NCBI GenBank assembly: GCA_037447605.1
Contig: CM074818.1
Span: 1,562,617-1,626,616, forward strand
Length of the DNA: 64,000 nt
Source of the DNA: Zygnema circumcarinatum SAG 698-1b
Taxonomy: Eukaryota; Plantae; Zygnematophyceae
Reading direction: 5' to 3'
Both the position numbers and the translations under genes were made by a program. Shown here piece by piece: positions 40,831-53,004 of the stretch. Under the pieces are notes generated by a model that was not told the DNA's origin, did not search any database, and was given only the letters and a program-made list of their open reading frames with translations. Numbering within the stretch: position 1 is the stretch's first letter; each line of letters starts with the position of its first letter.

Positions 40831-40930
40831 NNNNNNNNNNNNNNNNNNNNNNNNNNNNNNNNNNNNNNNNNNNNNNNNNNNNNNNNNNNNNNNNNNNNNN
40901 NNNNNNNNNNNNNNNNNNNNNNNNNNNNNN
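40831..40930. other. Scaffold gap (100 N); the NDC1 3' end and TIM22 5' end are missing
   Basis: Run of N; the coding sequences on both sides are incomplete. Confidence 0.95.
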
Positions 40931-41295
40931 CCCCATCTCCCTCCCCTCCCTCCTCCCTCCCCATCTCCCTCCCGCTGTCCCTCCCATCTCCCTCCCCCCT
41001 CCCCCTCCCCCCTCCCCCTCCCTCCCTCCCTCCCCCGTCCCCTGTCCCCCGTCCCTCCCTCCCTCCCCTGTCCCTCCCTCCCTCCCTCCCTCCCTCCCTC
41101 CCCCGTCCCTCCCTCCCTCCCTCCCTCCCCTTCCCCTCCTCCCTCCCTCCCTCCCTCCCCCTCCCTCCTCCCTCCCTCCCCCTATCTTCCTTCCTTCTCC
41201 TCCCTCCCCCATCTCCCTCCCGCCGTCCCTCCCCATCTCCCTCCCTCCCTCCCTCCCTCCCCCATCTCCTCCCGCCGTCCCCCCTCCCCCCTCAG

Positions 41296-42107
41296 CGTGA
41301 AGGCTAGGCGGGGCGGCAGTGCAGGCGGCATGGCGGGCATGTTCTTTGGGATGCTCTTCGGGTCGCTTGAGCAGCCTCTCCACGCGGAGCAGATGACCAC
41401 GCGGCAGCTTCTCGTGGACGGCGCCAAAAGCATGGCCTCGCGGAGCCTGCACATGGGCCGCACCTTCGCCATCATGGGGGCCATCTATGCCGGCTCCGAG
41501 TGCGTAGTAGAGAAGGTTAGCCCTAAAAATGAACCCTAAACATCGGTAAACCCTAAAAGTTAACTCGTATATCTAACCCTAAAACTGAACCCTAAAAGTC
41601 TAATGGTGCTAGAATGGCTTGAAAGATTTCATTAAGAAGGCACAGGAGAGATGGTAGTAGCGAAGAAAGATGTGTTGTTATCCACCATGTATGGCATGTT
41701 GAGGATGTTGGAGCTCATGTCGGGCCATGCAGGCGCGAGCCAAGCATGACATTTTTAATGCCGCCGCAGCAGGATGCATGACCGGCGGCTTGCTATCAGC
41801 GAGAGGTATGCCAATGCCTCGTATATTTCCTTACCTTTTTCAAGGATTTTAGGGTTTCAAGTTCTTCGGGGGCTTATGCAACCATTATGTTGTCCTCCTG
41901 AATGACGCATTGTTTGATTTTGTTTTGTTTCTCAACAAATAAGCAAAGAATGTAAAGGATAGTATTGCCCTGGCCCTTGCCGTGTACTGATTTTGCAAGA
42001 TACTCGTTTCGGTTGCAGCGGGGCCGCAAGCAGCGCTTTGGGGGTGCGCGGGCTTTGCCACATTTTCAGTTGCGATCGAAAAATTTATGGAAAGATACCA
42101 AGAATAA
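41296..42107 (+). CDS. TIM22: Mitochondrial inner membrane translocase TIM22 (Tim17/22/23 family), 5'-partial; exons ~41296-41515, 41733-41805 and 42019-42107
   Basis: GGMAGMFFGMLFGSLEQPLHAEQMTTRQ..GAKSMASRS..RTFAIMGAIYAGSECVVEK|ARAKHDIFNAAAAGCMTGGLLSAR|AGPQAALWGCAGFATFSVAIEKFMERYQE*. Confidence 0.9.
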
Positions 42108-43277
42108 AACATAATGAAAAAAAAGAGAATATTAGTTTATCCCATTTTTTTTTCCTTGCCCTACTCCTTTCTCCCTTCAGCCCTTCCTGGACCCTCCCCT
42201 CCCCCTCCCCCTCCCCCACATTTTTGTTTTTCTTTTTTCGGGTTTTCCCCAAAGTGGCTCAAAAGGAGAGTGTCAGAAGAAGATTCGATCAATCATTTAT
42301 CTTTCTTTGGAACGTTGGCAGTTAGTCTGTGAGTTCGTGGAGAACCCAAAACCCTGATGAGCCTTAACCCTACCTTTCCTTAATAACCCTCCGGTCTTTG
42401 AAACTCTAAAAGCCCTTAATTACGTCAAAGCACTACAACCCGCCCGCAAAAAAAAAAAAAAAAAAACTCCACATGGGTGTCCGTGATTATTTAATTACGA
42501 CAGCAGCAGCCGAGTCAAAGGGGTCGCTCGACTTGGTTGGTCAGAACCTATTTTGGATCACTTTTGGTTCGAAGAGTTTTGGAGGTTTAAAGCTTTTGGA
42601 GAGAAATTTTGACACATTATTGTTGTTTAGGATTTTAGGAGTACACGTATTGAAGCACGAGGCGAAGGTCTTTTGTTTCAAGAAGAACGACGACAGGGTA
42701 GGCGGCTGGGGTGGCTGTAGGGTTCAGAGCAGTTTGACAGCAGACAAGGCAAAGGGATCGAGGGTCTAGTAGGGTTCTCTCTCTGAGGAGGACTTCAACT
42801 TGCTGCTGCTGAGCAAGAAAGCAGGGGGAAGAAGCGGGGTAAAGCTGGAGAGTGAGGACGAGAGAGACAGAGAATATGAGAGAGGGGGAGGAGACAAGAG
42901 AGAGAGAGAGAGAATGGTGAGGGAGTGGGCTTCCTTGCTATCGCGGACCATTTCACAAATCAACATGACTGGACAGGACAGTTGAATAAAGAACCCACGA
43001 ATCCATTCATTCAAGAACGACGAATTCATTCCCCGCCCCCAAAAAACGAAAGATTTCCTTCAAAATCAGCCTCCTACCTGCTCAGAGCTGCAGCAGGCCC
43101 ATTACATTTATAACCTCCACCCTCTTACAATGCAGCCCCATTTGCCATTTCGACTCAGCTGGAGCCTTTCTCGAGCACCGCGGCTGCCGTCTCTCACCCT
43201 GTCCTTCAACCTTATATCCCTCCTACTTTCCTCTGCGCTCCGTCTCCCTTTCGCCTTTCTCCTCCTCCATTCAGCCC

Positions 43278-45272
43278 TTACAAGGTGCGGCCCACAGTCC
43301 AGACTCGGATCTTTCCGTCGGTGTATCCTGAGTACAGAGTGCTTCCGTCTGCGCTCCAGTTCAGGCTTGTGCAGTAGGGAGTCTGAAATCCAAACCCCGA
43401 AAGAGTTAACTTCAAGAAGGACAAAAGGACGAACTAGGAAAGAACCGCATTTGAAAGAAGAAGAGAGAAAAAACCCATTGAACTAAGCAATTATAGAAGG
43501 AGGTACAGGGTGGGGCATGCATTGACCTTAGGTACTGCGGGAAATAGACATGCCTAAGCATGACCAGGGTCAGGGAGAAATGGGGGGGGGTGGGGGGGAG
43601 AGGGGGAGTGGGGTTGAGAGACTGAAAAAGAGGGAGAGAAGAGAGAGATAGAGAGAGGGAGAGAAGGGAGAGAGAGGGATAACGAGTGAGGGGGAGAGAG
43701 CCCACATATGGGCGTAAAGACGTGCTTCAAAACTTAAGGTTTACGATGGGCAAGGGAAATCTAACGGGAACGGCGATTGCATTAACCCTAATTCAGTAAG
43801 CACATAACCCTAAACAGCCTACGATAAGTGTCCCGTGCCAATTTTTTCTAAAGCAGGAAAAATTTCACAAGCCGCTCAAAATCTTCAGGAAGATGTCCCT
43901 CGGATTCAAAACATTTGAGCACATTCACTCAGTCAACAATTGGTAAGTCCTATTTCCGCTTTTCTTAAAAATATGTGAAATGATCAGCACTCCGTCACTC
44001 TTGCAATACTGCAGCTTAAGGGCAGAATATAGAGGAGGCAGTAGGCTTTATGAGAGTCGGGATTGAAACAGGGGAAAGAGAGAGCGGCAGAAGAGGGAGA
44101 AAGTGAGGCGACTACGACAAGGACGTGAAGCCCAGTGAATGAGAGAGAGAGAATGAGAGACACACACAGCGCCAGGGACAGCGAGAGGACGGCGGACTCA
44201 CAGAGAGTGGAAACGAGAGAGAGAGTGGAGAGAGTCACAGAGAGTCACAGAGAGGGTGGAAGGGAGAGAAAGAGGAGAGGAGAGCGAGACAGAGAAAGGA
44301 GCGAGAGCGTGACAGAGAGTCACCTTGAAAGAAAGTGAGAGAAAGAGAGAAAGAAGGAAGAAGGAAGAGGAAGATAGAGAGAGAAGGAGAGAGAGGGAGA
44401 GAGAGAAAGAGAGCTACCTGAGCCTTGGCAGTTCGTTCCGGGAAGTCCGGCACGAGCGTGTCCACGGGGCTCTTGCTCTCCAGGTCCCAAATTTTGATGC
44501 AGGACTGCGTGGCTGCGCAGAGCCAGTAGCGGTTGGGGCTGAAGCAGAGCGCGTGGATGATGTCGCCCGCGTCCAGCGAGTACAGGCGCTTGCCCTCCGC
44601 AAACTCCCACAGCATCGCCACGCCGTCCTTGCCTCCACTCGCGCACAGAGAGCCGTCGGGAGAGACAGTCACAGTGTTAATGTAGCCGGTATGTCCGACC
44701 AGGTTCGTGCGGAGCTTGCAGTTGGTCAAGTTCCAGACCTTCACTACCTTGTCCCACCCTCCGGAAACTATGATAGGGTGCGTGTTAACGGGGGAGAAGC
44801 GGACGCAGCTGACCCACCCTGTGTGGGCCTCCTGCTCCTGAATGGTGTACTTGCACTCGCCCAGAGTGTTCCAGAGCTTGATGCTGCGGTCCCTGGACCC
44901 AGAAACGATCTGCCTGTTGTCAACGGAGAAGGCTACGCTGAGCACATCCTTAGAGTGACCCACAAAGCGGCGAGTGGTGCTTCCGGAATTCAAGTCCCAG
45001 AGGCGGAGAGTGCCATCCCAGGAGCCCGAGAGAGCGAACTGTCCGTCAGATGAGATGACCACGTCCTGCACGAAGCCGCCATGGCCGGTGAGGCGGCGGC
45101 GGGCATAGCCATAGTTTCCCTGGTCTCCTTCCTTGGTCAGATTCCACACTATGACTGACTTGTCGCGGGAGGAGGAGAGGATCATGTCCGAGTTGTCGAG
45201 GGGGCAGGCTATGGAGGTCACCCAGTCGCTGTGACCCTTCAGGGTCCCTCGGAGGGTCAGCTGCTCCGCCAT
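43278..45272 (-). CDS. RACK1: RACK1 (receptor for activated C kinase 1, WD40 ribosomal protein); exons 45272-44418 and 43382-43278
   Basis: [22 protein letters not shown]...[34 protein letters not shown]...[25 protein letters not shown]|[34 protein letters not shown]. Confidence 0.98.
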
Positions 45273-45357
45273 GGCTGCTGCTGAAGCTGCCACGTGGCAG
45301 CCTGCGGGAGAGGGTGCGGGAGAGCGGAGGGAGGCGCCTCGCTGAAAGAGGTCGGAA

Positions 45358-45366
45358 TTAGGGTTT
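45358..45366 (-). promoter_or_regulatory. Telo-box (AAACCCTAA) ~86 bp upstream of the RACK1 ATG
   Basis: TTAGGGTTT on the + strand; telo-boxes are typical of plant translation-machinery genes. Confidence 0.55.
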
Positions 45367-45387
45367 GGGGCGGCTTTGGAGAGTGCC

Positions 45388-47907
45388 GCACGTGTGATGG
45401 AGGGCAACGATTGGAAGAAATTGGGCAAGATGGACGACCAGGATTCGGGGAGGAAAAAGAATCGACGGTGGAGATTGGGAAGTGAAAACGGAACTAGTCT
45501 GGCGTTGAACCGTTCTATGTGGTAGCCGAGGACAGTTGAACGCTTTGTTGCATGTTTACATGTGTCGTAACGGTCACTGTAACGTTCGATTTATGCTGTT
45601 CAACGGGACTGCGACACATGTGTACAATGTGTAAGGCTACGATTTGATATCTTCGGGAGGATCAGACTCTCAGAAACGTTTCATAGGAACGAAATCGGTA
45701 TCAGTAACGATGAATAGTAAGTATGCTGTGAAAATGGAGAGTCAAGTACTGCTTTCAGAAAAGCATGTGATTGTTTTCAAATCAAATCCGGAGTAGGTCG
45801 GATCATAAGATTTCAACCCATCAGGGAGGTTGAAATGTCTCTGAACGTCTGAGAACACAATTTTTGAGAATTGTTCTTATGTTCAACACTAATCGATTCG
45901 ATGAAATTGAGAATGAGGTCTGTAGGTTTGGAACCGTTTTTCAGTTTCAAGAACATTCGAGCTTTTCTCAGAGCGCTGTTTATTGCCGGTACTCCCCTCA
46001 GATGTTTGATTTCAGCCAATTGCGGCTCAGGGTTACGACAAAGGAATTGGACAGATTCGGATTCAACTCTTCACACGTTCAATGGCGACCAAAACGATGT
46101 TCGATTGAACAAAAAAAATTAACTACTTTTTCAATACCAAAACTTTCAAGCTGCCAATCCAAAACTCTATATCCTGCCACATCAAAATCATCTCCGCCCC
46201 CCCTTGAGCGCGTCAATCTCAGACTCTCCAATTGCATATACCCGATAAGCAAGCAAAACAATCTCCCCTGCTATAAATATCGCCTACGCCTACAAAAGAT
46301 CCAAAACCGGGTCACAAAATGCACAAGCAGCGCGCCCCACACCCATGAACCTCTCCCTCCCTCCCTCCCTCCCTCCAGGCACCTTAATACCCTCTACGGC
46401 CCTGAACCCTACCCTTACCCCGTCCATAGGCGCAGGTCAAAAGAATGTGCTCTGCCGAGCCAAGCAGCCGCAAGCTGCTCAAATCCTCTTGTTCACATCC
46501 CTACACTTTTCTACACCTCTACTACACATTTCTCATAGTCGGGAACGCCGCTCGCTTTTGCTCGGGCGTGCCCTCCTCAGCGAAGCCCCAACCATTATGT
46601 TCCAAAATTTATGCTTACAAAAAATGGGTTGGGGGGGGGGGGGGNNNNNNNNNNGCACGTGTGATGGAGGGCAACGATTGGAAGAAATTGGGCAAGATGG
46701 ACGACCAGGATTCGGGGAGGAAAAAGAATCGACGGTGGAGATTGGGAAGTGAAAACGGAACTAGTCTGGCGTTGAACCGTTCTATGTGGTAGCCGAGGAC
46801 AGTTGAACGCTTTGTTGCATGTTTACATGTGTCGTAACGGTCACTGTAACGTTCGATTTATGCTGTTCAACGGGACTGCGACACATGTGTACAATGTGTA
46901 AGGCTACGATTTGATATCTTCGGGAGGATCAGACTCTCAGAAACGTTTCATAGGAACGAAATCGGTATCAGTAACGATGAATAGTAAGTATGCTGTGAAA
47001 ATGGAGAGTCAAGTACTGCTTTCAGAAAAGCATGTGATTGTTTTCAAATCAAATCCGGAGTAGGTCGGATCATAAGATTTCAACCCATCAGGGAGGTTGA
47101 AATGTCTCTGAACGTCTGAGAACACAATTTTTGAGAATTGTTCTTATGTTCAACACTAATCGATTCGATGAAATTGAGAATGAGGTCTGTAGGTTTGGAA
47201 CCGTTTTTCAGTTTCAAGAACATTCGAGCTTTTCTCAGAGCGCTGTTTATTGCCGGTACTCCCCTCAGATGTTTGATTTCAGCCAATTGCGGCTCAGGGT
47301 TACGACAAAGGAATTGGACAGATTCGGATTCAACTCTTCACACGTTCAATGGCGACCAAAACGATGTTCGATTGAACAAAAAAAATTAACTACTTTTTCA
47401 ATACCAAAACTTTCAAGCTGCCAATCCAAAACTCTATATCCTGCCACATCAAAATCATCTCCGCCCCCCCTTGAGCGCGTCAATCTCAGACTCTCCAATT
47501 GCATATACCCGATAAGCAAGCAAAACAATCTCCCCTGCTATAAATATCGCCTACGCCTACAAAAGATCCAAAACCGGGTCACAAAATGCACAAGCAGCGC
47601 GCCCCACACCCATGAACCTCTCCCTCCCTCCCTCCCTCCCTCCAGGCACCTTAATACCCTCTACGGCCCTGAACCCTACCCTTACCCCGTCCATAGGCGC
47701 AGGTCAAAAGAATGTGCTCTGCCGAGCCAAGCAGCCGCAAGCTGCTCAAATCCTCTTGTTCACATCCCTACACTTTTCTACACCTCTACTACACATTTCT
47801 CATAGTCGGGAACGCCGCTCGCTTTTGCTCGGGCGTGCCCTCCTCAGCGAAGCCCCAACCATTATGTTCCAAAATTTATGCTTACAAAAAATGGGTTGGG
47901 GGGGGGG
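45388..47907. repeat. Apparently identical tandem duplication (45388-46644 and 46655-47907, offset 1,267 bp) around a 10-N gap; probable assembly artefact
   Basis: Both copies start GCACGTGTGATGGAGGGC and end in a poly-G run; identical ORFs at 45813/47080 and 45864/47131. Confidence 0.9.
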
Positions 47908-48070
47908 TGTATGGGGCTATGTGGCAGGGGCATAGAGTACAGGCAGCAGCGCTCCCACACGGCCCTGCCACAGCCACTGCTCTTTGAGCAAGTATTGACA
48001 GTAAGGGCAGGCGTATGGTTTTCCGCGTAAAAGCAATATACTTTCAGACGGGTAGATAGTACAGCGGGTC

Positions 48071-49746
48071 CTATGAGAGCAGAGGTAGGAGGGAGCGGGA
48101 GGCAGGCTCTGCTCTGGCAGCCCAGTCGGGAATGCACATTCCGAGGTCACTTCTCAGCATGGCTCCTGCACCACATGGGAGGGAAAGAAATCCATCAGCA
48201 TATTGAAGACTTCTTTTTCACTCTCTCGTCCTCTCTCCGTCCCTCTCTCAACACCTAAAATGGGCACCCCCACCCTATCCAAATCACCTTCCAATCAAAC
48301 GAGTAGGACTGCATCTTCCACCCACAACGTAATCATCATTGCACATAAGATGCTAAATTCTTGCATACTTGGAAAAAAACACAATCACTCGTGAAATAAC
48401 ACATCCACAAACCTGCAAAATCCTGTGCTTGTTGTCCCGGTGCTGGCGACACGGGCGGCATGAAAGGGCCTGAGTGCGCCGTTAAGCGCCGGGCAACGGG
48501 GGCTACAAGGGGAGGGCTGCCCCCCCCCTGCAATCCCATGCAGCTGTCAAGGGAGGTGGTCATACTGTCCCCCACAGCTGCACAGCCTGCAGATGAAGGG
48601 CTGCTGCCAAAGCCTTGCCTGTGCTGACTCTGTGGTCTGCTTACCGAGTTCCCAGGAACAGCCATGGGCTCGGCAGTCCACATGTGACAGGCGTTGCTGA
48701 TGTGGTTGACCGGCACGTTATTGCCAAACATTCCGTTATTAGTCATCAAATGAGGTATGTGGGAGTTTGCAGCCTGTTGATAGGAGGCTTGATATGCTGC
48801 TGCTGCTGACGCCGCACCGCCCATGGCGGCCATATGACTCACTGGGTTTGGCATGGGGGCCATGGCTAGAGGCCAGTAGGCCATGGCGGAAGCATCCATC
48901 ATCGGAAAGGAGAAGGCCGACATGGCTGTGGGGCCGCCTCCCCCTGCACGATTCATGTTTGGCATCACAGAGGAAGGGGGCAGCCCCGGAGATGGGGGGC
49001 CAAGGGGGTTCGGACTGAGGCGAGTGGAGGAGGCGGGCGCAGAAGGAGGAGCGGAAGTGGAGGAGAGAGAACCGAAGCAGCTGGTGGGAGTGCCTCCTTT
49101 AAGGACACTCTCCACGGCCGCCTCACACAGGTGCCATTGGCCTGACCAGAGCAGGCCCGCAGACCCGTACACGGGATTGATGGTTCGGCCGCAGGCTTCA
49201 TACAGGAGGGACTGGAACAGTGCTGCACCATGCATCCCACATGCACATCATGCGAAAAAAATAAGTCTCCATATGTCTGCGATTCTTGCAGTTGCTGCGA
49301 CCTTCTCATTGCAAAGCAAACAAAACATCGCTACATCCCTTTAAAACCTGCCAAAACGCACAAGTACGAACTCCATTCACCTTCACTTCCATATTCCAAC
49401 TATATACAAGAAAGGAACTACGAACTACGAAAGCACACCAGGCCCTCTCTGGGTCCAAAAATTCCACCACCGATTCAAACGCGTGTACAGAGAAAGAGAG
49501 ATAGAGGGCGAGAGAGAGCAAGAGAGAGAGAGGGAGAGAGAAGGAGAGTTAGGTCATCTCACCTGGCCTCTGCGCCTCATTCACTGCCGAAATGAAGCCC
49601 ATGAGCCCCGCCCGACCGAAGAACTTGGCGAGAAAGAGAGTGGCGTGGCCCTGCGCATCGGAGCCCTCCACCGCCGCTAGACACGGCCGGAGCAGGCACG
49701 ACTCGCTGCAGCCCTTGCGCAGCACTCGGCAGCCATTGCAGCTCAT
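48071..49746 (-). CDS. LBD: Class II LOB-domain (LBD37-42-like) transcription factor; exons 49746-49563, 49222-48413 and probably 48165-48071
   Basis: [44 protein letters not shown]|[43 protein letters not shown] is the class II LOB signature. The putative last exon ends ...SDLGMC...SRSLLPLLS*. Confidence 0.93.
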
Positions 49747-52319
49747 CCCTCCCTACAGCAAATACTGGCTCCCTGCACTCTATAGAGGCTGCCAAGATGG
49801 ATCCTTTTCAGCTCCAAGACTGGTTCTTTCTTCACTTCGGGTGTCTTTCTTGCTTTTCTGGAAATATGAGACGGCGTTTCTCACAGCCTGCATTCCAAAG
49901 CACCCGGTTTTGGCGTTCAGATTGCGTGCTGCGACAGGCTTGAATGCAGATTGCCGGAAAGCTGGAAGAGGGCTGGACACATGATCAAGGTGTGGAGATG
50001 GTTCGAAGCATTTGAGGACAGCATCCGGATACCTAATCTCTTGCAGTGGCTAACCAAGACGCCTTAAAGCTGGTTAGGTGATCGAAAGTGCAGCCTTGAA
50101 GTGTGCTATATACCGCCCTGGCGGGCTTAATGCTCACCAGCGACCTCAAGAAGCGAATCAACCTTTCAGAACACTCTCCAAAACCCTTCCTTTCAGGTTT
50201 TAGCGTTTTCAATTGTTCAGACTGCAACGCCTTCCACATGTGTCGGACAAGGAGAGGCTTACCACCGATGCTGCATCAGCGCTTGCTGCAAGCTCCTCCT
50301 CCTCCTCTTGTCTCCCTCCCCCCTGCCTTCCTCCTCACCTCCCTGTCTATCTACCACCTCTCCGACCCTTTCCTCAACAGGTACGTACAGATCTTCACCG
50401 CCTTATTCCCGTGCTTCCCTCCACTGCGAATTTGATGACAGAGAGCGAGAGAACGAGAGGAAGATAGAGAGTGAACGCGAGAGAGGTAGAGGGGAGGAGC
50501 GCAGGAGAGGGACAGCGATGAAGTACCTCCCCCTAGCAAGATTCTACCCTAAGCCTTAACGATGGAGGTACAGTGCACAGTAGAGAGTGTGAAGGAGAGG
50601 GAGAGAGCAATAGCGAGAGAGAGAGCGAACGACGAGAGAGGGGGAGAGAGAGAGTGGAGGCCCCCTGCAGCGCCCTGTCCTCCTGTTCATGTACTAAACC
50701 GTCCAAACATTGGCAACCTGCAGGAGGGCGTGCCAACCATTGGACATTCACAAGAAACAAAGTTCAGAACCAGTACTCGTATTTCCACGAAATTCACTTA
50801 AAATAAAAGTTGCGAAGTACGTTTTCGAACTTTTGCAAGCGTGTTGCCAACGGTTGGCGCGCCCCAGTTTGCGGGGCCCCATTTTTAGGGAACGGTCCTC
50901 GGATCGCGGCCGCGTCCAAATTTTTTGCGTTCGGAAAAAAGAAAGGACGGAAGGGAATCCGGGCGCGCCACGTGGCGGGCTGCAAGGGAACGGGCGATTC
51001 CTGGCCGTCGGATGTCTGCAGGGGCCTTTGGGGGCAGATGGGACGGCCAGGATGCGCCGGCGGAGAGATAATCCGCGCGCGACCTGACGTGGGTCGATAA
51101 GCCGGGTTGACTGCGCCTCTCTGGGAGAGCCTGCCACGTGGTGAAACCTAAAAAAATTCAAATTTCAAAAACAAAATAAACATAAAAATCAAATTCTATT
51201 ATTTTGTAGAATTTAATAAAATTTAAGCAAAATTGTGCACTTGCACCCCGTTTGTGCCCTACATGTACCCCATATGGACCCCATTTGTACTCTATTTATA
51301 CCCCGTTTGTACCCCTTTCAGGGGCCCGTTTAAAATAAACTTATCGATTTTTGCAGATCGGATTTTTCCCGTTCTGAGGATATATCTCCGAGCGCTTTTG
51401 CGAGATGTTGGGAACCCACAGGCCAATCAGAGCCAGGAATGACACGTGTAAGACTGCTGACATGGCAGTCCGGGACGCCTCCCTGGGGCACGGATAGACG
51501 TGTTGGCGACACGTGCCAATGACGTGGAGTGGAGCGCTCTGATTGGTCAGGATCGCGGCAGTTTTGGAGGCACCCGGGGGAGGTCGCATGTGGACATTTC
51601 GCACGTGCGAATGTTTGGCAGGCAGCCCATACAATTACGTCGCTGCAGCTCTTTTTTTTTTTTTTGGGGGGGGTCAGAAAAAAGAATCGTTTTTTATTAT
51701 CGTAGAAGGGGGAAAAAGGAGGAAGGGGGGGGGAGGGGGGGGGTAGGTTTAAAAGGTGTGCATTTAGACAAAGACGTTGTGTAAGTAGTAATTGCCTTTT
51801 TCTATTTGAATTTAAATTTTACGAAAGCGTTTTGCTATTTGAATTAAAAATGTAAAGAAAGATGTAAGGACGGCTGGAACTGATTACAGAAATAAAAATG
51901 CGCGACGACTGGCGATCCGAAGATAGCGGCCCTTCACTGGCGTTTTTTTTTTTCCGGCTGGGGGGGAGCCAATGGGGGCTTGACACGTGGTTACGTCCTG
52001 CCACCTGTGCCAATAAGGGATCGACACGTGGTGGGGTCACGCTTACATTCGGGGCAGGGTATGCGATGGGTCGCTGGAGCGAGATTCGACAGTTGGACGC
52101 TTTGATGACTGGGCCGCCTCAAATCCCTCCATAAAGTCACACGCATTCTTTGTAAAGACATGTACCTTAGCACATGCAGATTGCGCTTTCTGATAAATTC
52201 ACGTTTCTCAAAATAGGCTTGGTTGAATAAAGTCATACATATTGATAAAGACATGTAACCTGATAAAGTCACATATCTTCATAACACGCCTTGCCATTTT
52301 CCCTCAATACGAAACAGAG

Positions 52320-52500
52320 GATGTGGCATTGATCTAACGATTGCGATGCCATCAAATGTGCATGGACAAAACTAGCATGGGGAACCACGCGAAACTGGTC
52401 GCAAAGGACCTAAGCACAAAAGAAACAAGCTAGGAGCGGAAAGATACGCCTAAGCTCAACAACGCAACCTTTCCCCCAAGCAGCAGCGAAGGTCACCGAT
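52320..52500 (-). mobile_element. Long reverse-orientation copy of the dispersed repeat family
   Basis: GATGTGGCATTGATCTAACGATTGCGATGCCATCAAATGTGCATGGACAAAACTAGCATGGGGAACCACG...GGACCTAAGCACAAA...CAACAACGCA...CGAAGGTCACCG. Confidence 0.8.
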
Positions 52501-53004
52501 GTGGCACATCACTGAGAATGAGTGGTGTAAGTTCACCGGCACGGTCACCAAAGGTTGAATAAGTCGTATAGTTTGATAAAGTGCTATATTCTGGTAGACT
52601 CGTTACTTTAATAAAGTCATATGTATAGGTAGATATCTATATATAGACACAAGAGCTTACAAAATGTTTGTGTGTGTGCCACGACTAACAGACTAACCGA
52701 CTTGTTTTTATTCAAACAATCGAGCATCACCAGCGACCCACATCCCCAACAACATCACATCATCCTCATCATCACCGCTGAGGTGACCAACATCAACACT
52801 TTCCCCCCTCATGACGATCTGCCAAAACTGAAAAGACAGATTTGAGTTGGTTTTTCCACAATGACTCAGCTCCTCTACCCACTGCTTTGAGATAATGAGC
52901 ACCAAACCTCCTCCGCACCCAAAAAAAAGGCCAGCACACGCGAGTGAGTGCCCGCGGAGCAAACCCTCCTGTTGTGTTTCCATTTCCGTTTCATTTTCTC
53001 TTTT

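Noticed and set aside
5060-41452. Numerous RE-, SL-, P- or G-rich ORFs
   Set aside because: They are translations of GA/CT microsatellites and C/G tracts in introns and intergenic DNA.
35327-42107. NDC1-TIM22 fusion suggested by ORF 40670-41539
   Set aside because: The ORF reads through 100 N and a low-complexity tract; these are two separate genes truncated by the gap.
43383-44417. Intronic snoRNA in RACK1, as in yeast and vertebrate orthologs
   Set aside because: No convincing RUGAUGA/CUGA pair with a terminal stem was seen on the sense strand; an Rfam or snoscan search is needed.
45273-45428. 52-aa N-terminal extension of RACK1 in the ORF track
   Set aside because: It starts at TTG; the conserved protein begins at MAEQLTL (45272).
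45388-47907. Tandem duplication of the RACK1 upstream region, including duplicated 224-aa ORFs
   Set aside because: The copies look identical, abut a 10-N gap and end in poly-G, which is typical of an unmerged contig overlap. The ORFs have no recognisable domain. Read depth or long reads would decide.
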